NCBI RefSeq assembly: GCF_009914755.1 | Contig: NC_060935.1 | Length of the DNA stretch: 64,000 nucleotides | Reading direction: 5' to 3' (one strand) | Source: the human T2T-CHM13v2.0 reference genome, Homo sapiens | Shown: in pieces, positions 11,780 through 26,436 of the stretch | Position numbering within the stretch: the stretch's first letter is position 1 | How the letters are laid out: every line of letters starts with the position of its first letter | Made by a program: the position numbers and the translations under genes | The notes under the pieces: model-generated | Database searches by the model: none | What the model was told of the DNA's origin: nothing | Seen by the model: the letters and a program-made list of their open reading frames with translations, nothing else

Positions 11780-13513
11780 TATTAGCTGAGTTTTTTTTTT
11801 AATAAAAATTAAAAATAAGCCTTTAATATATACCTTCTTTTAAAAACATTTCCAACATATATTTTCCTTTCTATAAATACAGTTAACATTTGGTATAATA
11901 TCATTTAGTCCGAAGAACTTCAACAGGTATGCAGCAACATTTGTTCAGAATATTTTGTCTTAAAATGTTTCTATTTTATGTTCAATTTTGAAGGCTATTT
12001 TTGCTGGATAGAGAATTTTAGGTTGACTTTTTTCTTCTGGTGCTTTAAATATGCTTTTGCATCATCTTCAGGCTTGCATTTTTTTTGTTGGTAACCTGCA
12101 AACATTCCAATGTTTATCCTTTATAGAGTAAGTCTATTTCTTCCTTCTGACTTCTAGTGTTTTCTTTCTATCACAGTTTTGTAGCAACTTAATTAAAATA
12201 CACCACGTGTTTTCCGTTAGATATATATTGCTTGGGTTTTATCAGCTTTCTTGATGTTGCCCCACATGGCACAGCCCTGCAAGCTCCAGCAGCCTCCATA
12301 TTTCTGGATTCTAATCTCTGTCTCCTCACTTCAGTGAGACGACTGTGCCGTGTTTGGTTTCCCTTTCCTTGGAAACCAGAACGGGAAAGGGACTCCAGAG
12401 GGGAAGGCATCGCTCAGGTGTTGCAATCCTGTGCTGTGTGTTGTCTGATTTGGGAGGAACTGTTACCCCATGTATCTGGCTCAGCTCTCTCAACGTGCAT
12501 ACATCGGGTCAAGTCTGGTGCCAGTTACTCTGTTAGAGCCACAGCCAGGGCTTTCCAATCACTCCTTAAGGATTCATTGGTTAGACATGCTAGTGCACAC
12601 TTAGAAGGTTCTTCCCACTGTATAACTACTGCCATGTGATATGTATCTAAAGCAAATGAGGTTTCTCTAGTATAAGGAAACTGGTTTTAAAATAAAAATG
12701 CAACCCTTGCCATGCCCTTGAGTTTCCCGTTCTCTGTATTGTTGGGGCTGCATCCGGTAACCAAATTTCTTGCAGGCACTAGCAGATGAGCCCCTTGCTG
12801 TCCCTCCACATGCCCCCTCTCCACTTGGGCCCATGTTTGCTCATCTGGACCCCTCTCCTGAGGAGAAACTGGTCTTTCCTCAGTTCTGATGAGAACATGT
12901 ATCCCCAGCCAAGCCCATGGAACTCAAAATGACATGGACCTCAGCTGGCCCTTGCACTGGCTGGCCATGTCCTTCAGCAGAAGGCTCAGCAGGTCCTGTT
13001 GTGCTTTGCTAGGGTCAGCGTGAATGAAAGGGAAGGCTCATAATTACGGTAATAAAACAGTTATATTCAGTCGTCGTCATTTTCATGTCAGATGGAGGTA
13101 ATTATCAGCATTTATAGAGGGTCTGCCAGGGGCCAGGCTCAGAGCTGGTGCTGGGTATACAGTGGTGCATAAAACCAGTGAGGTCTCTGATCCTGCAAAG
13201 CTTGGAATTGAGAATCTAGCTCAAGCAAAACCACTTTAATATTATTTGTCAATAAAATTTACTTTGTTTGGATTAGTAAATGTCATTTTTCCTCTTTAGA
13301 AATGATTTTGTTGTATATTAGAGTAGCATTGGGCGTAGTTCTCAAAATCATCCAAAATATTTTGGCAATGTGCGTTCACATAGACCCTTGACTGTGGCCA
13401 AACACATAACCGTTCCTTATGGCATGTCTCTGGCACATCCCTGGAAACAAATAGATGAGAGCAATAGGTCATGAACATCAGGGGACCACAGACTTAGATG
13501 TGTGTCAAGGAGA

Positions 13514-13639
13514 TCTGGACACCTCCAAGGAACACTCTGTATTCAAGGAAGCATCCTATCGGTAATGCTTCCACTCTGGACACCTCCAAGGAACACTCTG
13601 TATTCAAGGAAGCATCCTATCGGTAATGCTTCCACTCTG
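13514..13639. repeat. Tandem duplication, 2 x 61 bp
   Basis: tctggacacctccaaggaacac...ccactctg at 13514 and 13575, identical. Confidence 0.95.
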
Positions 13640-14219
13640 TGTGACCATTTCTGCAAGGCTCTGGCACAGGGAAGCCATCCTGGCTCATTGTAAAGTCCTC
13701 CGCCGCCAAGAACACCATTTGACCACAATCCACTGCTACCAGTTACATGTAATGACTAGAATATCTAAGGTTCTTTGAAGCTAACATTAATTTTCAGTGG
13801 TGGAGAAGATCCCTTTTCTCCCACCATGGGTCTGAAGGGATAAAAATCCAATCACCTTGGGATAAAAGTGTCTTATTTTTGTCTTCTGAGTAATTTAGCA
13901 TGAACGCAAAAAGTGCAACCATTCAGCAGAGAGAGATGGGAAGGAACCCAGGTTTATTTTCGAGAAACAAGCACATCTCTGCCTCTTTCTTTGACCCTGA
14001 AAGACAAACGTCTTTTCAAGATGCTGCACAGAATGTTAAGACAAAATGCTAACCAGTTCATGGAGAAAATGAGGTGCTTTCATTGAAAAATAACTGTGTT
14101 TTTATATTTTCATTATATAGTTCACAGTCACCCCCTAGTAGCAATTACACGTTTCCTCTTCCTCATGTTCTCCTGCAGCTTTCCTCTTTCCTCAGTTCAG
14201 GGAGTGTCAGCAAACTGGT

Positions 14220-14267
14220 TGGAAGGCTGCAAGCTGGGCAAAAGCTTTGCAGTCGGCATTCGCCATT
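14220..14267 (-). pseudogene. Exon remnant
   Basis: NGECRLQSFCPACSLP resembles GxCxxGxFCPAGSxxP. Confidence 0.55.
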
Positions 14268-14769
14268 CTGGGATATCATTCATTAGAACTGGCTGTCCAC
14301 TACCAGACCTCCTTTTCTTATTTTGCCTAATAGGACAAGCTGCATTCATTGACAGAATTCACCGTTTTTATCCTTCTTCCCCCTGCCCACCACTGCCGCC
14401 ACCTCTCTCTCTCTCTCTGTCTATTTAATACAGGGACTCAGGCTAAGAACTGCATGGTATAATGCGTTTATCATTTTTATCTCGTCGTTTTTATTCTAGT
14501 GTGAAGTTGTTTTTCAGGTAGTGATGAACTCACACACAATTTCTCCCCTTTTTGAGTAATTTGCAGTGTTTATGAAGAGGAGGCTAATTGTGCTGACCTG
14601 TTACCAGAGTTGTCATTAGTGTTTTCCTGCAGTTGATTCCTATATTGTCTTCTGTCTCTCATGCAAGCCCATGCTCCTTATTCTTTCTTAATGGATGCTT
14701 TTTCTGTGGGGATAATCAAGGAACTGACAGCTCCCTCGAGATTAAATGTATGACTTTGAAGTTGTAGAA

Positions 14770-14962
14770 CGAGGAGAAAGTACCAGGTGTTGAAGCCAGT
14801 ATAGGCAGATCCAGACCAGCGTCATGTCCCCAGGCAGCCTCTCCACCTCAATTCTTCACAGAAGGAAAAATAAGTATGTGTCACAAGTCAGTGCAGGACC
14901 AGCATCCCAGGGGCCCTGCATTGAAACTCCAGGTAACTGGCCAATACCTCACTGGGCAGGTG
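14770..14962 (-). pseudogene. Exon remnants
   Basis: TCPVRYW / LPGVSMQGPWDAG (14898-14962) and GGEAAWGHDAGLDLPILASTPGTFSS (14770-14847). Confidence 0.6.
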
Positions 14963-15027
14963 TGCCGTATCTGATTACCCCGTTTGATTAGATCATATCT
15001 TGGGATTCATTAAGATTAACTGATAGA

Positions 15028-15300
15028 GGCTGGGTGCAGTGGCTCATGCCTGTAATCTCAGTACTTTGAGAGGCCAAGGCAGGAGGATCACGAGGTGAGG
15101 AGTTTGAGACCAGCCTGGTAAACATGGTGAAACCCTGTCTCTACTAAAAATACAAAACTTAGCTGGGCATGGTGGCTCGTGCCTGTAATCCCAGCTACTC
15201 GGGAGGCTGAGGCAGAGGTTGCAGTGAGCGGAGATCACACCACTGCACTCCAGCCTGGGCGACAGAGTGAGACTCCATCAAAATAAATAAATACATAAAT
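15028..15300 (+). mobile_element. Alu (AluS) with an internal right-arm deletion
   Basis: TSD aagattaactga/ttaga (15012-15027, 15301-15316). Confidence 0.95.
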
Positions 15301-15809
15301 AAGATTAACTGTTAGAGCAGGACTTGGGGGCAGGGGGCAGGGCAGTGAGATATGCTAACCCTATTCTCCCACTCAGGTGACAGGAGGGCAGCTGCTGATG
15401 CAGACGGAGGGTGCTCCCTGTCTCAGCAAGAGCAGAGTCCACGGGTTGAGGCAAGGGGGGCCTGCTGGAAGTCAGGCCAAGTGGAGCTCCGGGTGTACTA
15501 GAAAGGTGGATGCAGCTCACAGCACGGTGAGATGTGGAAGTACAGGCATTTGGTGTGTGTGCAGGAGGAGCTGGTGACAACAAGGCTGGCCCAGGCCCAG
15601 GAGACCAATGGGGCATTAGGATGCCTCCTACATAAGGTCTAGGGAAGAAATGCAGCTGTGAGAATTAGGCTCAGAAACAAAGCAAAAGCACAGGGGCGTG
15701 TGGTGTGTCCCTAATGCTGAACTCTGGGAATAGGTCTGGAGGGTGGAAGACCAGACATTGTGCTGCAGTCGCGATTGGTCCTGGTGACTAGGAAAGGGAA
15801 TCCAGAGAC

Positions 15810-17000
15810 CTCATTTTTGGGACAAGGGGCTGCATATGGAGGTTTACTACCAGAAGGGGCCTGAGGTTTGTGTCACTATCACAAGGGCAAGGTCATAAGT
15901 TTTCTGTGAGGCCCTTAAATTAGTACCATGCCCCAGCCATAGACCATATACTTCATATTTGCTAGTTCACTTGGAAATCTACATTGAGGGTGCCAAGCCA
16001 TTGAGTGTCTGAGAAAGAATGAATGAAATGAATGACAGCAATCAGTGTCTGACACCTGCAATTTATGCATCAAATGCAGTAGAATGAATGATCAGTAAAA
16101 ACTCTCTACCAGCAGGAAAAATAATCAAAGCGCTCCTTAACTGATCAGATGCTGTTGTCACACTGGAGTGTGGGTGATGAGGCTGACCTATAACAGGCCA
16201 GAATAAAAATCCGGTGGAATGAAGGTCTGTCTTAGAGACCCCGAAGACAAATGAGAACTGACACGGCTCTTGTGTTCTGCAAAGCACTGTCACAGACGTG
16301 CCATTTTACCTCTGCAGTGACCCCGCTGCTATTGACATCATCACTCACATTTCACAGCCCAGGAGCCTGGGACTCAGGGTGATGGAACAACTGCCAAAGT
16401 TGGACCCACAGGGTGGACACATGATGGTCTGAGTGGTTCCTAAAGGCAGGACATGGAGGCCAGTTCTGTAGAAACACACCGGCAGCAGGACAGGACACCA
16501 GGAAGTCAGCACCAAAAACTCTAGAGGCAGAGAGAGCTGTGGAACTCGGTTCTGGACTGTGTGTCCTGTAGTATGTAGGCAAGTCTGGGCCCCAAGTACA
16601 GAGTCCTTCAAAAAGTGGGCCAGAAGCTAGCCTGTGTTTGAGGCAGGAAGATAAATGCTATTACTATTTCTAATTATACAAACACAAAGGAAGCTTTAGC
16701 TCTGAGATCGCAGTTACTGTTTAAAATTTAAGTCTAAATTCCAAATTTAAAGTTTCTTAAACGTTCACATGATGCCAGTGAAGGGCAGGTGTCCATTTTA
16801 ATATATTCTCAAATGGGGCAATATTGAGAGTCAGAGGGGGAGTTGCTAAATATTTGCCTGGAGTGGTGGCATCATCATTCCCTGGCAGATCTGCTGGTGT
16901 CGTGCTGGGCTGCCCCGGGGGCGCTGGAAGAACAGGCCCAGCAGCTCAGGACAGGGTTCCTCTCCCCAGGAGGGGCAGCTCCCAATTCCCACTGTGGACA
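15810..17000 (-). pseudogene. Cluster of exon remnants
   Basis: PSGSKPPYAAPCPK (~15820-15860); LGAQTCLHTTGH, LVSCPAAGVF and CPPCGS (~16390-16600); tgtccacag| GSCP..EPCPE..SSAPGAAQ..ICQG (~16880-16993). Confidence 0.55.
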
Positions 17001-17320
17001 GACACAGACTTTGTTTGAGTGAATCACTCCTACTAGTTGTGCAAAATCAGGAAGCCAGCCCAAAAGACCTTTGGATGCTAAGGATGAGGATGGGATCATT
17101 TAAATTTTATTTTTAAATGAAAGACCTGCCTTCTTTCCAATTCTGCCCTTAATTGGCCATGAGCCTCAGGCCTGCCCTGTTCTCTCTCCTTAGCATCACT
17201 TTGCTCATCTATTAAGTGGGAATTGTGGCCCCTTCCCCACCTCCCTGCTGTGTTTTTCTGAGGGGCAAATGAAACAAAGCGTGTTAAAGCTCCTCATGAG
17301 GTGGATACTCTTAACAAAGG

Positions 17321-18214
<894 letters not shown>

Positions 18215-18276
18215 AAAGGTAAGAGCCCATCTGTGAGGCATCGTTTCCTCTTAGTAGCAGTGTCAGCTGACAGGGG

Positions 18277-18624
18277 TGCACCAGCGCTTGAATGCTCGTC
18301 CCTCCAAAACTCATGTTGACATGTGTAAGTCAGTCCAACCATAACAGTACTAAGAGGCGGGGCCTTGAAGAGGTGATTAGGCCATAAAGCTTCTGCCCTC
18401 ATGGGTAGGTTTAGTGCTTTTACAAAGGGCTTTCAGGACTCGGTTCTTTCTCTCACCCTCTCACCTTCCACAACAGGAGGATCCACAAGGAAGACCCTCA
18501 CCAGATGCCAGCACCTTGATGTTAAACTTCCCAGTCTCCAGAGCTGTGCAAAATACATTTCTGTTCATTATAAATTACCCAGTTTCAGGTATTCTGTTAT
18601 AGCAGCACAGAACAGACTAAGACA
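18277..18624 (+). mobile_element. MST (MSTC/D-like) MaLR LTR
   Basis: ccaaaactcatgttga...ataaattacccagtttcaggtattctgttatagcagc...gactaagaca. Confidence 0.8.
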
Positions 18625-19799
18625 GAGTGAAAGTTTGTTGTTGATTTTCCTTTGGTGAGGCTGTGAGCTCTGTGGATGGGTGTCTCGGGGAGAAGCAGGT
18701 CCTTCAGTTTGGGAGCACTGAGTTGAGAGAGCAGCAACAAGGAACCAAGCAGATGCTGTGCCCAGGACTCCTGGCTACCGAGAGGCCAGCAGGAAAGAGA
18801 AATGCCGCAGGAGTCGCAGATGGATAAGCAGGTGCCGCGCGGGTGTCAGTGTTTTCTATCTTAGCTCGGTAGCAAATAAACACATATCTCAGTAATATTC
18901 TTCCTGGGATAGAGAGATGCTGGGGGAAGGACCACTTCTTCCTCTCAGGCTTTAAAACAGCACATCAGGGAGCATGATGGGAAATGCTCTGATTTACTCC
19001 AGGGCTAGAGGATTTCAAAGATACAGGGGATGTGAAGGGAAGTCGGGCTGCTTCCAACGCCTGGGGAAGGGCGGGCCAGAGAGCCAGCTTAAAAACGATG
19101 GAAAAATGCGAGGTGGGACTCCTCCTGCTTCATTTGGTTTTAAAAATAAGGTATTTGTATTCCTAGAGCTAAGTCTCCAAACAAACTTAAATTTACATTA
19201 GGATACCTTGTCAAATATTGCTGTTTAAAATGGCCTGTTTAAATAAAGCTTGGATTTTTTTTTTTAAATGGGGATTATTGAGCCAGAGACATGTAAATTC
19301 TTCAGCCCTTGCTGGGAAAATGGGTCACTGCAATTAAATATCAAATAAACTCTTTTCAAGGACAATTATTCTTTCTTCTTTAATGATGAAGTTTCAATGA
19401 TCAGTGTGTGTCCTGCATAGATATTTCTTTTCTTTCTCTCCATGTGGAAGGAAAGTGAGAAGAACCTATAAGAAATAAAACTTGGAGTGATCATCTGCGA
19501 GCAGGCAGTCACAGCCACAAAAGCAACAGTCGCTTCAGTGGCAGCGCCGGCAGCCAGGGGCTTTCAGGTGTTTCCCGCCAAGGTGCTCTGGAGACATGGA
19601 ACAGACGCCACATGAGGGATTTTGTACCTCGATAGACTTGATGACAGTTTTTTTTAAAAGGCAGGAGAAGGGGAGCTGGAGAGGGGAGCATTGTAGCCCC
19701 AGCCCAGGCTTGAAGGTTGGGACTAAACAAAGTGATGACTGGTAGAATAACAGCTCACACTTACTGAGCTCTTACTGCCTGGCAAGCTCTCTTCTGTGT

Positions 19800-20175
19800 T
19801 CTTTTTTCTTTATTTATATTTTGAACTTTTATTTGAAGTTCAGGGGTACATGTGTGGGTTTGTTATATAGGTAAACTTGTCATGAGAGTTTGTTGTAGTT
19901 TATTTTGTGGTACTAAGCCTAGTACCCATTACTTATTTTTCCTAATCCTCTCCCTTCTTCCATTCTCCAGCCCCAGTGTGTGCTGTTCCCCTCGAAGTGT
20001 CCATGTGTTCTTATTATTTAGCGCCCACTCATAAGTGAGAACATGCAGCATTTGGATTTCTGTTCCTGTGTTAGTTTTGCTGAAGGACAATGACCCCCGG
20101 CTCCATCTGTGTCCCTGCAGAGAACATGATCTTGCACATTCTTATCACCGCAGAGTATTCCATGCTGTGTATGTT
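19800..20175 (-). mobile_element. L1PA/PB 3' end inserted into a MIR
   Basis: ttcaggggtacatgtg...ataggtaaact...ataagtgagaacatgcag; MIR text on both flanks. Confidence 0.85.
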
Positions 20176-20797
20176 GCCTTAATTCATCGGCTCTTTATGA
20201 CAACCCTGGGACATATGTCCTACTGTTATCCCCACATCGGCACATGAGAACACTGGTCATCCAGAGGTTAAGAAACATTTCTAAGGTCACAGAGCTAGTG
20301 CAAGGTAGGAATGGAATGAGCAGCCCAGAGAGCACTGGATTAAACACTGTGCTAAACACCCACAGGCAATGGAGAGGAAATGCATTAGATTTGTTATATG
20401 GAAATCTGTCTTTAAATAATACCATCTTCAGATATATCATTGTGAAAATTACCTAGAAATATATACACTAATATGTTTTAAAAAGAATAAAGAATATTCT
20501 TTTACTTAATGTGTTCTTAAATGAAATAAGTATCTTTCAGTTTAGATTTTGAAACAAGTGTTGTTTTGGGACTCTGTTCACTGACATAGTATTTAGAACT
20601 TTTGCATCAATATTTGTAAGTGGTATTAGTCTGTAATCTAATTTCACTGTGCTGTGTTTATCAGGTTATATCCATTTTATACTTTATAAAGCTAATTTGA
20701 ATATTTTATTTATGTTCATTGGCTGCAGCAATTTATGTATCATTTGAATTATTTCATCTTTGAATGTTTGTTGGAATTCACCTGTGAAACTATTCAG

Positions 20798-21097
<300 letters not shown>

Positions 21098-22201
21098 CTA
21101 TTGGAACCTGGTACCGTTTTTGTGTGTGTGGAATGGTAGAATCTTGATAATTTTCTCCATTTCTGTTGTTAGAATTGGTCTGTTTAAACTTTCTGTTTCT
21201 ACTGGCATCAATTTTGGGAACCTGCTTTTCCCTAGGAAGTTACCCATTTCACATGGTTTCACTGTTTATGTTTATAGATGTGTGCAAATAGCCAATTAAA
21301 CAATTTTTCCTTTGTCAATAATTATTTACTCCTGGATGCTTGTTACTATTATTTATTATATTTGTGCTTCTACCATTTTTCTTTATTAGTGACCAGTGGT
21401 TTATTGATTTATTAATTAGGTCTATTTCTTTCTGTTTTCATGTTAATTTTTGACTCTGTTTTCTGTATCCCGTTTCCTTTAGTTTGTGTGTGAATTACTC
21501 TTTTGTTCTGTTTCTAGGTTTTAAGTTGGTAATGTAATTCACTTGTGTTCAGTCATTGCTTAAAATGAAGCATTTGAGAAGGTTCAAGGCTGTGAGAGGA
21601 GGCTGGAGTCTGAAATGAGATAGCTAGCATGAAATTCTTGGCCAATTTGACTAGGGGATTGTTAAGAGCAGGAATGTCCAACACACTGCACTATCAATTA
21701 GTTAAGATCATCTATTCGAAAGTTCAGCTGTGTTGTGGCTGTCCTCTGAGACTCTCAAATCCTCAGTAAAGGTCTCTGCACATAATTGACTTGTGCATTG
21801 GTATTTTGGAGAATGCAGGGAAAGGGTGTTGTTATAGTCCATGGTTAGGATGTCAGAGGACAGAAAGAAGAGAAGACATTTGAATGAAAGACCAGCTTGG
21901 GGGAGGAAAAATTCGGCAGGAAAAGGAGATGCGAGAGAGAAGAAATCATGGGAACGTGGTCTTTGGAAACTCACCAACAGGTTGAGGACTGAGCACTGAA
22001 CTTCGCCCAGCAATTGGGACAGAAGATGGAAGAAATGTTATTCAAATATTAAGCGGACCTGCTGACTTCATAGAGACATCTTGGTTACCAGGTACTGCCT
22101 TTCACAAAACCCCACTCTCTCCAAAATGGGAAGTATTGTTCATACTTCTATCTCCATGGCATTGAGATTAAGATTCTATAAATAATCTAACCCTGGCACT
22201 C

Positions 22202-22500
22202 TTTTTTTTTTTTTGAAACGGAGTCTTGCTTTGTCGCCCAGGCTGGAGTGCAGTAGCAGGATCTCGGCTCACTGCAAGCTCCGCCTCCCGGGTTAACACC
22301 ATTCCCTGGCCTCAACCTCCCGAGTAGCTGGGACTACAGGCGCCTGCCACCACGTCCAGCTAATTTTTTTTTTTTGTATTTTTAGTAGAGTCAGGGTTTC
22401 ACCATGTTAGCCAGGATGGTCTCGATCTCCTACCTTGTGATCTGCCCGCCTCAGCCTCCCAAAGTGCTGGGATTACAGGCATGAGCCACCGTGCCCGGCC
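22202..22500 (-). mobile_element. AluY
   Basis: AluY diagnostics; TSD aaccctggca(c/t)tct. Confidence 0.95.
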
Positions 22501-22523
22501 AACCCTGGCATTCTTGTACTCAC

Positions 22524-23475
<952 letters not shown>

Positions 23476-24099
23476 TACATCTCTGAAAAAGGAGCACCGA
23501 AGCATAACATTGCTCAACACCCACTTTCCCCGTAATTCCCACAAACACATCATTATGTCTTCTCCCTCTCCTACATTACAAGTAAAACACATCCAATCCA
23601 TCTCTAGACATAAGATCAAGGTCATCTCCTCCTCATTTATGTGCCCAGGAAAATGTGTCTTTCTCGTATTCTAAGTTTCTTATCATGCATGACTAGTGCC
23701 TGGGTAATACAGTTGGTGAGCACATATTATTTGACCACAAATCCATGCTAGTCTCAAAATTGTTCTTTCTTTTTTACCCGGGGAGAATTTAGTTGCATTT
23801 TAGGAATGTCTGTCTGATAAAATTCAGAGTCCTGAATCCTAGGTCTAGCTCAAATATTGGTTTGAAGTGTGAGCCTGGTTGTCTTTAAGATGAGGAATAG
23901 AACCTCATGAGTACCACAATTTGCTTCCACTGTGAGGCTTCGTCCCTGGCAGGAAGTTCTGTGTGATTCTCATGCCAGGTGGTGCATCTCCCCAGAACTC
24001 AGGGCCCAGGGCAAAGACATAAGTGATGGAAACACTGGAAGCATGGGGTGCTGTCTTCATCCTTCTCTACACAGCTGTTCACACTAAACCAGACAATAT

Positions 24100-25900
24100 C
24101 TCAGAGCAGACGGCCAGGATGGATGAGTCTGTATACCCTGCAACGTTGCCAACAAACGCTGGGCAAAGGCTTACACACTGCACACTGGCAGGGGCCTTTA
24201 GAGAAATGTGGGGAGGGAGAGGGGTGAGGCATGGTAGGATAGAGCATTCTGGAAGGTTGAGCGGGTTGGGTTTGATGGGGACCATGCTGTGGTCCATCTT
24301 CTCCAGGCATTTCCGTGGCACTCCCGACAATGCGTCTCACTGCTTGAACTTTAGTCAGCACCTTCCTCTGTTAAGAGAAGCACAGTTACTCCTGAGCAGG
24401 AGTGTGTAAGGCTTTCCTGAGACAAGACTTTGTAATCACAGCACCGGCCAGATTCACATATTCTTCAAGGCTGAGTGCAGGAAGTGGGTCATGACTTCTT
24501 GTTGATTACATCCTTCTTTGAATACCTATATTGTTTTTCTATAAATCATGTATTTTAATGTAAACTGTGGTCTGCCTTGGATTATTGAAATGCCTGGTGA
24601 ATGTATCTAATTTCACTCTCTGGCCTTCAAGCTCCCAGGCTTGGCAGGCAGCATGTGCTACTCTCACTTCGTAGCCCTCTCTCCTCCCACGCGTGTACTC
24701 TCAGCACAGTGATCACGGTTGAGGGGTGTTTGGTAAGTACCTGCTGACTTATATTATGGTGGGTGATCAATTGACGATTGTGATCATGGAGAGGAGGGAA
24801 GAGAAGACGTTCTCCTGAGGAAAATCAGTCAACCTCGTGCGACGCACCTCAGCAAAGATGCTCGAGCCACTACACTTCCCCATTTGGCAAAGACAGCACT
24901 GACTTTTGATATCGAGTGGATCCGCGCTCTGGCTTGCCTCCTACTGAAGCTGGACTCCAGCATCTCTCTTGTCTGACTGCTTATTGGAAGCTCCCTGCCT
25001 ACCTGTTGGGGAAATAGGTGTACACCCCCGACCCCTGGGAGCTGAAGGACTTTTATCTCATGTTTCTGTCTGGGTGTTTTATTGGTTGACATTTTACATT
25101 TAGATCTGCAATCCATCAAGAATAGACTCTTTATTGTTGTTATTGTATATGGTGAGAGGCAGGAAGCAGATTTTCCTGACAATATGCAGGTGTCTTTGGA
25201 TTACAGGTCCAAAGCTCTCATACGGATGTTTGATTGTCTCAGCACCATGTGTTGAAAAGACTATTCTTTCCCCCCATACCGATTGATGCTCTTGTCACAG
25301 AAAAGCCGGCCGTATTTTCACACATCTCCTTATTTATCCTATTTTGTTCTGTTGGTCAAACTTTCTATCCTCACATCACTAGTATACTGAATAAGCCAGT
25401 ACTGTGTTATAACACACCTGGGTATCTGCAGTAGCAAGTTACTTAGCAGTGTTTTTGTCAACATTACTTTGGTTATTCTTGGGTTTTGTATTTCCATCTA
25501 GATTTTAGAAATAGCTTATCACTTTTACAGGCACACACACACGCACACATTATGAGACTCCCGGTTAAAGCAGGCTCTGTGGTATTCCAGTCACTGAAAA
25601 GAAAGTGGGTATGTTTGTTTTCCTTTGAAAACAAGAATTACCATTTTGGGCACTGGTCAACAACATATTTTCAATGCTCTTCGAGTTTTTCTAATTGCAT
25701 TTCTCTTGTTATGGTTGGCACTGTGATGGTGGCCACTTGGCCACCTTGCCCTAGTCAGTGTAGAAAAGTAGAAAGGCTCTTCTGTCAGACTGCACCACGC
25801 GTGCATGTCGTTGGATGCCTCCAAGGAGCTGATGAGGCCTGTGGGGTGGGTCAGGGAGGAAGCATGGTCCACAAAAGCGCCCATGATTGCCTGGCAGGAA
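24100..25900 (-). pseudogene. Exon remnants
   Basis: ttctctaaag|GPCQCAVCKP (~24190); THCRECHG (~24325); KSQCCLCQMGKCSG (~24880); HGRFCG / SLTHPTGL (~25840-25885). Confidence 0.5.
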
Positions 25901-26436
25901 AGCACAGAAATGATGCTCAGCAGTGAGCGACTGCCGTGACATTGGTGGTAATGATGATGTCATTGCCTAACATCGCCTTTGCCATCCAGGAGTGGGAACC
26001 AGACAACCGTATTGCAGTCTTGTTTCTGCCTTCATGACCCTCTGTTTCTTTATCTAAAAACTGGCTTCAGAAATAATTATTTCTACTGATTAACATATGT
26101 CATAATGAAATGACTTAGGTTAAAATGACTAACAGGGTCCCTGGAACATTGTGGTCCATTATGATATATTACTTTTCCAAAGCCCCTTTGGGGATTCAAA
26201 CCATTCACTTTTCCTCTATAGCAATATCAGGCAGTATAAATATGTACAAATCAGTAATCAGCACCTGGAGAAGCTGGTGTCCTGTCCTAGGACTCTCCTA
26301 GCTCCTGAAACATATGTTTAACTGTGGAAGCAATAACAGGAGGGATGTATTTACACCTCCTCACAGGTGAGGTCCAGCTGCTCGTGGTGGCATGTGTGGG
26401 TTCCTGGGAGAGCTGAAACAAGTATGTAAAGTAACC

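Noticed and set aside
12730-13030. GC-richer unique island as an exon
   Set aside because: No convincing motif or splice pair in any frame I read; left unassigned
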